From contig OX597818.1 of the NCBI GenBank assembly GCA_951406725.2, positions 1,674,001-1,738,000 of the forward strand: a stretch of DNA of 64,000 nucleotides, given 5' to 3'. Position numbers and translations under genes: made by a program. The DNA comes from Octopus vulgaris (Eukaryota). The notes beneath the pieces are model-generated. The model made no database searches and was not told where the DNA came from. It was given only the letters and a program-made list of their open reading frames with translations. Shown here piece by piece: positions 54,743 through 64,000 of this stretch. The stretch's first letter is position 1. Every line of letters begins with the position of its first letter.

Positions 54743-54879
54743 AAGACAAAAATAAAAAACGCTATGAAAAAAACCGTTGAATAAAGGGAAATTACTCCAA
54801 TAGGCATGGGGAAAGTAAAACTTCGTTCATAGAATCTGCATATGCACACATGTACACATATACATACACGTACGCGCAT

Positions 54880-54933
<54 letters not shown>

Positions 54934-55592
54934 GTGTACATATACTCACACACGCGTGTACATATACATACAAACACACACACACATATATATATAGGTC
55001 TATACATATGTAAACATACATACATATAATACACGCATACATGCACATACACACGTATATATACATATGCACGCATCATTATGTTCATATACACATCTCT
55101 ATACGCACATGTACATACATACGCGGACAGACGTATATGCAAATAAAAACACATACGCTAAAACATAAACCGTAAAACATTCACATTCAACGCAAAACTT
55201 GAATATACATATGAGTTATATATGTATGTACAAAAATGCACCCTCCTGTCTGTCAAACACACCTACACTTGCAGATATATAAACATATATACATACATAT
55301 ATGTATGAAGGAAGGAGACAAGTACAACAGGTAGAGTTTGACACTCGTATATATACAATCATTTCTACAGATGTATATATGCACGCACATGCAGATTTGA
55401 TATATACTGCACGCGTATATAGTTACACAATTATAAAGGGAGAAAAATGAAATACAGCAAAAATATATATTCCGCAGGAGAATCGACACAAGGGTAATGG
55501 TAGAAAAATGGAATCCATCAGGTAAAATATAAATGGCACTATCACTTGTAATTACCCTTTATTAAATGGGTTTTTTCTATAGCGTTTTGTTT

Positions 55593-55663
55593 GTCTTAAT
55601 AACTGATGAGATGCCGGAACAGACTTCAACGCCGGCATCCGAAACCCTGAGTTTTCTTATGAC
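55593..55663 (+). ncRNA. Type-I hammerhead ribozyme (family C, inverted partner)
   Basis: CUGAUGA at 55603, perfect 8-bp stem II GAUGCCGG/CCGGCAUC, GAAAC at 55641, GUU at 55651. Stem I is weaker. Confidence 0.78.
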
Positions 55664-55807
55664 AACCAATTAATTGTCACATATTATATATATATATAGA
55701 TAGATGCATTTTAAATTGATGTAATGATTGCATTGTTCAATTAAATGAAGTTGCATGAAACGATCGTACTGCATTACCTCTGGATATCCTTGTTGCTTAT
55801 TTTGATA

Positions 55808-55881
<74 letters not shown>

Positions 55882-56056
55882 TTCGCTTAGAGGTTAAATA
55901 AGCCCCATGAAGGAATAATAATATTCAATGAATTTATTGGTTTCTTACCTATCATTTATTTTGAATATTAGATTTAATATTCGAAAATAGGTACTTAAAT
56001 AAACAGAGATTTATATTTATTTAAGGAATATAAGTAAATAGAGATAATGGAACATA

Positions 56057-56534
56057 TTGATAGAGCTACGACTCTATTCCCTGAAACGAAGGCGGGAGAG
56101 ATATGCAGTGATATATATATGGAAGATAGTGGAAGGAATGGTACCAAACTTTAGAATAAAGAGCTATACCAGACCACGAACAGGACGTCACTGTGCTGTC
56201 CCCACTGTGCCGACTGCTTCATCTCGGGCAAGGACGATATACTGCAATAGCTTGGGTTTCAAGGGCCCACAGGTGTTTAACTGTCTGCCGAAGAATCTGA
56301 GAAGCTTCCATGGAGTGGATGTAGACGTTTTCAAACGTGAACTTGACCTCTGGCTCGCCGAGATACCGGATGAGCCGATATCTAAGCAAGAAACTCAAAA
56401 GAGGGCAGTAACATCGAACTCCAACCTTCACCAAAAGCCGTTCCGACAAAGGTGGAAAGTGGAAAGATGATCACAATAGCGGTGCTCCGGCATGGCCACA
56501 GTCATTGGACTGAAACATATAAAAGAATAAAAGA

Positions 56535-56535
<1 letters not shown>
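56057..56535 (+). mobile_element. CR1-group LINE 3' end fragment
   Basis: LRLYSLKRRRERYAVIYIWKI..NSLGFKGPQVFN..FKRELDLWL..PDEP, homologous to 44275-44640. Ends in a tail shared with SINE family 1. Confidence 0.9.
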
Positions 56536-56579
<44 letters not shown>

Positions 56580-56720
56580 CTAGATCTTTCTATGATTCCA
56601 TTGTTTGTGATGCGGTCACGCCAGGTCATCTTTAGGGTATTTCCATGGTACCATACTTCACTTGCATACAATGCCGTAGGAATGACGATACCTGTGCCAT
56701 AGCTGATCCGATTCCGCTTT
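56580..56720 (-). mobile_element. Short RTE-type LINE C-terminal fragment
   Basis: LYASEVW..LKMTWRDRITNNGII motif. Confidence 0.55.
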
Positions 56721-58274
56721 AATCAGTCCCAAAAGCCCAAATGAGAGTGCACGTGGGTTAGAGTGCAAGGTCGGCAACCTTGTCTTCTTCTCTAAAAAAT
56801 ATAAACAGACATCACAGAAACGATTAGAAGTAACTATATATATGCTGCGATGGTAAACATTATATTGTAAGTGTGTTACAAGATCACATGTTTGGATGAA
56901 AGAAGATTTGAGTAAGTTGACCCCAGTTCTTGACTCGTACTTATTTTATAGACACCCGGCTGATTACAAATAAAGTCGATCTTGTGGGTATTTGAACTCA
57001 GATCGTAAAAGAACCTAACAAAATAGCATCCCTAGGCTATGCTCTACCTTACCGTTTCTACACTAGACTACTGTTTTTATACTCATATATATATATTGTG
57101 CCATCAGATTATATACGTTGCGTATTTAGGTCATAACTCTGTGTGCTTCTTAGTTGTTAATAGTCAGCCTATTTTGTACAATTATTTTCTGTTTACTTTA
57201 TATTTGGATGACAAATGATAGCTATGTTGGATTTACAAAACATAAGACATTGAATAAAGCCTTACAAACTCTACGTAAATGTCTTACATCAACTAAACGT
57301 ACTGTAAATATATCTATGCATGTATACAAGAAGAGCATCTTTAACTGGTTGCTAGAGGTAGCAGCCAAATCCCCCTCAAAAAACACTTTGTCTTAAAAAA
57401 GGGAAGAATAAGTTGAAGAATGTAGTCCTACAGTATAGCCATGACTAGAAGTATTTCGATATACTGGCCCAAGGCTAAACAACAATTACTTGCCTATAAT
57501 GATAAGTCTGCTGGATCATGACTCTACCCGGAGTCACATGACACTATGGATATTCTCCTGGAAAATTCTTCTCCATGATGCAGATATGAATATGGTTTTT
57601 TTTAATGAAATACCAGCAGCTTCCTATGAGGACCTCCTCACTCCATGAATGAAACCAAGATTATCCAAAGGAAGAGCATCAGCTGTTGCAGTCTGATTTC
57701 ATTGTCATTGCAGACAAACTCGGAAGTGAAACAACGCCCTAGCATTGTTCGACACCCCAACAATTCTATCAAGCCAGCATTCTTCACTTTATTTTATTTG
57801 TGGACCCCCAAATCAATGAAAAGAACATTTGAACTCAGTGGCATTTGAACTCAGATTACAAGGAGTCTTCCTTTCTCCATTATTAAATTTAGATTCACTT
57901 TTTGTCATTTTCTGTCAATGTAACAATTACAATTTTTAAAAAAATGAAGGAAGAAAACATTGTCCACTACTATCATGGATAACAAATATCAAAATGCTTC
58001 ACATTTTATATGTTTTTAAAGCCTGGTCCTTAATCTATTGGTCTCTTACCGAACCGCTAAGTTACGGAGTCATACACAAACAAATACTGGTGGTGCGTTG
58101 CGAACACAGACACAAAGACACAAACGCACATAGATACATACATACATACATACATACATACATACATACATACATACAAACATACATACATACATATATA
58201 CATGCATACACACACACACACATACATACACACACACATACACACACATACACACACACACACACATATATATA

Positions 58275-59550
58275 TTGATAAAAACGGTAAGACAACAAAA
58301 GAAAGAAAGAGACCTCGATATTATGTAAATAGAGGAATTTATCTGTAAATGTAATATGTGGCAATTATTCGGTAGCCATGATAAAATTCTGAGTTTCGGA
58401 TTTCGAGGTGGAAATCCACGCAGCCATCTCTTCAGTTATCCGGCCATCGGGAAAATGCTATGAAAATGACCGTTACACAAAGGGAGATTACTGTGTGATT
58501 GACCGTTATTAAGACAAAAGAGCTATTCGAATGACCGCTAAGTAAGGGAGTAAAACGTTCATAATATTCGCGTAAGCGCCTGTCATACCTACACATGTGC
58601 GCCCGCACAACCACGTGCGTACGCCTAAAGCTATACATTCATCCACCCTCACTTGAAAACGTACACATCCTCACTCCCATCCTTCGCCAAATGTATATGC
58701 ATATAAATACAAACCCACACACGCGCACCATAAAGGTTCATACATACGTCTATATACGCACAAGCACAAGAAAAAACAGGGTTAAGGGTAACAATACAGA
58801 AAAAAGGCATAAGGGAGTATACAAAGAGTAAACCACGTCTATATACGCACATACCCTTATGCACGCACACACACACGCCTATATACGCACATATCTGCAC
58901 ACGTCTATATACGCACACGCAAAAAGGATTATACATACGTTTAATACAAGAAAAAACAGGGCTAAGGGCAAAAATACAGGAAAATGTGTAAAAACACTGA
59001 GTAAAATACGGCTATATACGCACGTATTCGCATGCACGCACACACGAACACATCTATATACACGCATACCCGCGCACACGCACACATCTATATACACGCA
59101 TACCCGCACTACGCACACATTCACGCGCGCGCACAAAAGATTCCATATACACGTCTATATACGCACAGGGAAAAATGCAGGGTGGAAGGTAGAATACAGA
59201 AAAAATTGTGTAAAAAATATATAAGCAATAAACCTGTAAACCAAAATCTCTATATGTAAAGAAATATATGTATAAAAACTATAAATAAAATTTTAAAATA
59301 TATAAGAAATATAAGTAAAAGGTATAAAGAGATAAAAAGCTAGTGCGTGGACACAATATAGAAAGCAAGTTCTATCTGTAGTCTCGTGGGGACCAAACAA
59401 ATATTTGGCCACGCGTGGGTATGATCCGAAAAGTTCAGTCCTTGAATTCAGGCATGTAGCAGGGTCTAAGCTGCTTTTCCAGATGAGCCATCTTTCCATA
59501 TCGCATAAACCGCACTTTCTTCCTTTAGTTCTGTCGGCTCTGACCACATA
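58275..59550 (-). mobile_element. Penelope-like element 3' end (ORF C-terminus plus pseudo-LTR)
   Basis: ORF 59293-59547 KCGLCDMERWLI..CLNSRTELFG resembles the CxLCxxEK..LNxRxEL C-terminus of PLE GIY-YIG domains. It is followed by a 3' region homologous to 54680-55250, carrying an HHR. Confidence 0.72.
58374..58445 (-). ncRNA. Type-I hammerhead ribozyme (family C variant)
   Basis: Minus strand: GAUAA-CUGAAGA-GAU...AUC-C-GAAACUCAGAAUU-UUAUC. Stem I co-varies (GAUAA/UUAUC) relative to the 54.7-kb copy. Stem III has a substitution. Confidence 0.68.
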
Positions 59551-59559
59551 ATTGTATCA

Positions 59560-61602
59560 GCTACCGTTAAGCTTAGTCTTCGCTCATCCAAAAAAGCTAA
59601 GCCTCACCCGATGAAAACGATCGACTGGTAGGAAGTTTTGTCTAACCCCGATATATCCAAACAATTTACTATTGAGGTCTATAACACATTTCAATCTTTG
59701 TCTACTTCTGAAATAGATGCTGAGAACATTGAAGAAGTATACAGCAGCCTCATCAAATCAACAGAGGAAGTTGCACTGGCTACTCTTCCCAAAAAGAAGA
59801 GTAGGGGCCAGAGCAAACCTTCTAATTCCCCAAATGTCATCGAAGCCAGAAACCATCTAAAGTCTATATCACTAGCTTACCACCGTTCTCCATCCCAGTC
59901 ACTGAAGATCCAACTCATAACTGCCAAGAAGAATCTTGATGAGGCTTACTTGAACGCCGAGATCGACTTTATCAATGACAAAATTAGCAAACTATCCAAA
60001 GAGCACATTAGTTAAAAACACCATCTCGCCTGGAAATCCATCAAAGACCTATCAGGCAAAAAATCTGGGTCATCAATTAGAATTAAAGGGGGATCAGCTA
60101 AGAAGCGTTTAGAAAATTGGTCAACTCATTTTAAAAACCTTCTTGGGAAGAATGCCAAAATCCCTGATAACCCCACTCTTCCAAGTGTGCCTATATCAGA
60201 CACGCTGGACATCAACACCTCCCCTTTTACCATATTTGAACTAACAGCAGCCACTAAGCAACTAAAAGCCTCGAAAGTATTTGGTCCCGACAACATCTCA
60301 GATATAATTTGGAAGGATGATAGATTTCACACACTTTTGCTCAACCTTTGCAACCACACACTTTCCACCTTTGTCGCTCCAAAGATTTGGCACCAATCTC
60401 AAATCATCCCAATACCCAAAAAAGGCGATTTATCCCTCGTCACCAACTACAGGGGTATATCTCTAATGTCAATTGCTGCAAAATTGTACAACAAACTGAT
60501 TCTAAATCGTCTTGTCCTTTTTGTTGAACCTTTACTCCGAAAGAACCAAAATGGATTCAGACATGGGCGCTCAACGCTGAGCCAGATACTATGCCTACGC
60601 AGACTTATTGAAGAATCAAAAGCATTTAATCGCGATCTTGCAATGGTGTTTGTAGACTTTTCTAAAGCGTTCGACTCTGTAGATAGGTACAAGATGTTTG
60701 GAATCCTTAAGCTCTATGGGATACCAGACAAAATCATTTCTGCCATCAAGGTCCTCTACACAGATACGTCTTCAACCATCTTAACCCCTGACGAAGAAAC
60801 ATCATCTTTCTCAATCAAAGCCGGAACACTGCAGGGAGACACACTCGCCCCATTTCTTTTCATCATTGTCGTTGACTATGTGCTACGTATGTCAGTGATA
60901 CCATCTCTGGCAAGGGCTTTGAAATAAAACCAAGAAGAAGTTCCAGACACCCAGCTGAATACTTGACAGACACTGACTTTGCTGACGACATCGCTCTTAT
61001 CAGTGATTCCCTCTCCAATGCCCAGTCTCTTTTACAATCTCTCGAACAAGCCTCAAATTGTGTAGGTCTTTACCTCAATGAGGCCAAGACTGAATATATA
61101 AACAAGTGCCTGTCCAACAGTGATTGCATCATCCATACTCTCTACAATGCGCCCTTAAATATGGTTTCTGATTATAAATATCTTGGGTCATACATATCAT
61201 CATCTGAAAAAGATTTTCTAACTAGAAAGGGTATGGCCTGGTCAGCCTGTAATGACATGCATAAGATCTGGTCATCAAATCTAAGTAGAGCCATAGTCGA
61301 ACCAATTCTACTATATGGCTCAGAAACCTGGACGTTATCAAAGAAGCTTGAGAGGCGGTTGGATGGAACCTACACTCGCCTCCTTATGAGAGCTCAAAAT
61401 CTCTCGTGGAAGCGTCATCCAACTAAAATGCAAATATATGGGAAACTACCACCTGTGTCATCTCTTGTGAAAGGTAGGAGAGTCCAGTTTGCTGAACATT
61501 GTTGTAGAGCTGAAAATTTCTACTCTTCTCCTCGTGAAGTCTGGCGTAGCATGGTAAATTCTATTGTCTCGACCACGGTCGAACAATGATGAATGATGAT
61601 GA
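59560..61602 (+). mobile_element. RTE/RTEX-type LINE, 5'-truncated, with (ATG)n-like tail
   Basis: NYRGISLMSIAAKLYNK, QNGFRHGRST, FVDFSKAFDSV, GTLQGDTLAPFLF, DFADDIAL, YKYLGS, LLYGSETWTL. Ends ATGATGAATGATGATGA. Confidence 0.93.
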
Positions 61603-64000
61603 ACTGCCGTTGGTGTAGGGTTTACACTTGGCTAAAATCTTCCAATGGATATTGTAACTTTTAATGACCAAATGTGACTGGATAATTTTGTCGTTTTCCT
61701 TTTATCCCAGTGCCTAAAGCTCAAGGTGTGATTATTGAACCTGACCGTGAAATTACCCTCTGTAAGGCCCACGTACTTCTTCGTCGAAACCGTGTCTTTA
61801 GTGTATTACAATTCGTTCTCGTCGAGAACAGATGAACCAGGAGCACTTATCTGGTGGTGAATGTCCAACTAGATAGGAAACTTCTTAGGATAATCTTCCT
61901 TTTTTTCCCCTATGTTCGAAGAGAATAACATGTATTGAAACCTGCTTACATTCCACAGTGTAAGCATTAAAACTGGATTTTTTAAATATATCAAATGTAT
62001 CTTGTGTGTGTCCGTGCGTGTTTGAGTGTTCTTCCGCGCGCCATCTGTCGACGAAAGCTTCCCTAGTTAGATCCTTGGCAAACGCTATATTTTTATCGGC
62101 GAATTTTTCATTGGAGATTACAAAGTGGGTTTCCCATTGCTTAACTTCAGTTCTCTCCTTTTTCCCCACTAAGACGCCATCTTGTCGTCTAGGTACAGAC
62201 ATGTTAACCGCTCGTGTCTGACTACAAATATATTTCTTCCAGCAGTCATACATAACACCATTTCATCGCCTTCTGCTGGAACATAGCTTTATCTACTGCA
62301 GAAGGATGATAAAAGTTGAGCACGGCGGGGTTTGAACTCAGAATGCAAAGAGCTGGAATAAATAAAGTAAGATTATGTATCATACAAAGCTAACATACAA
62401 AAGTACACAAAAAGATATCAAATCGTTAATAGTGGGTTAGCGATGCAACCTCTATGAGGCTTCTGGAACTTCTGGAAACAAAAGGTAAAACTCCCTCAAA
62501 CTACACTATTTTCTTTAAAAAAGAGTGAACATATTGTGAAATTTATTCCTAGTTGCCTTATGTATGAATAAATGTTTAGCTAGTTACAGCTGGAATATCT
62601 TTAATTGTAGTCCTGCTCCCTCAAGCCGACCTACAATTAAAGCACCATATTAATTTTTGAATGTATGATACATTAAATCATATCCACCCATGTCGTCGTG
62701 ACATTGACAAGAGACAATCAAGGGGTGTAATAGGGCGTACTAATTTTCCTAAATACTAATTTACACAAAAGACCTGCGTGGTTTCTCCAACTGTTGAAAT
62801 ATCATCCAAATGTTCTTTAAATCATACACTGTACCTCCATTCCCTACGATTGTGTGCAGTTAAATAAAGAAATTGGTATTCGAAGTGACATAAACAGAAT
62901 TAGATACACAACACTAGTTTTAATGAACTGGTTTAAAAAAAAAGTATTCCTGGTCATTGAAAGTTTAATTTTTTCCCTGTAAATATGATTACTCTACAGG
63001 AAATGGACAATTAAGGCTAAGAAAATATGAAAAATGTTCATACTCTTAACATCCGTTGCTGGTTTGCAGAATTCAGAAGAGTTTTGACAATTTGGAAACA
63101 AACAGAACGTATTTTGATACGAAAAATCTATGACACGTTATTAAAGTAATAAAATATGATAGAAACAGCAACCATATGTACCTCAAACTATATTTTACTG
63201 TCTTAAAAGGATACACCTGGATAAAGTAGGTCCAAATATATTACATTTGAAAAAAAGCTAAAATTGGCTTCGGCTCGAACTAAACAGCAACAATAATGAC
63301 AATTATAACAAAAATAACAGCGACAACAACCATAACAACAACTACAATAAGAAGAACAATAACAACGACAACAGCATAATAACTGCAACATTATTTCCTT
63401 GATGTTGAAGAGACTTAATATTTGGTGACATCTAGGTGAAGATTATCAAACGTATCAACATGATCGCTGTTGGGATGTGAAATAGATCATTATACGCAGT
63501 GGGTTTGTTTATCTTTTTATTTCAAATTGTTTATAATGACTTAATATATCATTGACATTGGAATATTAGACGTTAATTCATAATTTCAATGAGACCTAAT
63601 TATATAATTATGAAACCGACAGAATGATGAAATGTTAACTATCAGCTGTAATTTCACAATATTTCTTTCGTTGTCACAAGATAACCATAGATTTAAATTT
63701 CTTGTACAATATGGGGAAGTTGGAGGAAAACTAAGTATTGTCTTCTGTAGAGATCAGAAGTTAGTGTATTGACAGCTAGGAGTCGATATAGATTTGTGAA
63801 AGGATGGACACGGAGAGAGATGGGAGCTAGGGGTCAATTTGTGTTGTACAGGGATCCAGATAATATGGGTAGTATTGGAATCAATATACTATTGTGCAGG
63901 TATGGATGTCATAAGGAGACAAAGGGAAGCTAGGGATGAATATAATGAGTCGGAATATGGACAAGAGAGATTTAGGGGTCAAATGCTTTTGAATAGGAAT

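Overview
Eukaryotic, AT-rich, microsatellite-saturated DNA with no recognisable host exon. The SINE families and repeat style suggest an octopus-type (cephalopod) genome, but that is inference. The window is a stack of decayed transposons: RTE-type LINEs (1.9-2.7 kb, 59.6-61.6 kb), two R4/Dong-type RLE retrotransposons (2.7-8.1 kb), several Penelope-like elements (PLEs), a full-length mariner with TIRs and TA TSD, a full-length Chapaev3 with TIRs and TAA TSD, a Tx1-type LINE between (TC)n tracts, a CR1-group LINE, a MITE, a Helitron helicase remnant and tRNA-derived SINEs. The most notable signal is a set of type-I hammerhead ribozyme (HHR) motifs from at least three sequence families, lying in PLE-type terminal repeats and inverted arrangements. 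One is a 1.27-kb non-coding, palindromic insert built as tRNA-like Pol III head + (AAT)n + hammerhead, bounded by a 12-bp target-site duplication: a candidate ribozyme-bearing non-autonomous retroelement. Also present: a young, highly structured 360-bp tandem array, (TA)n-centred perfect palindromes and a locally templated insertion. Most short ORFs in the track are microsatellite translation noise. All coordinates were read by eye.
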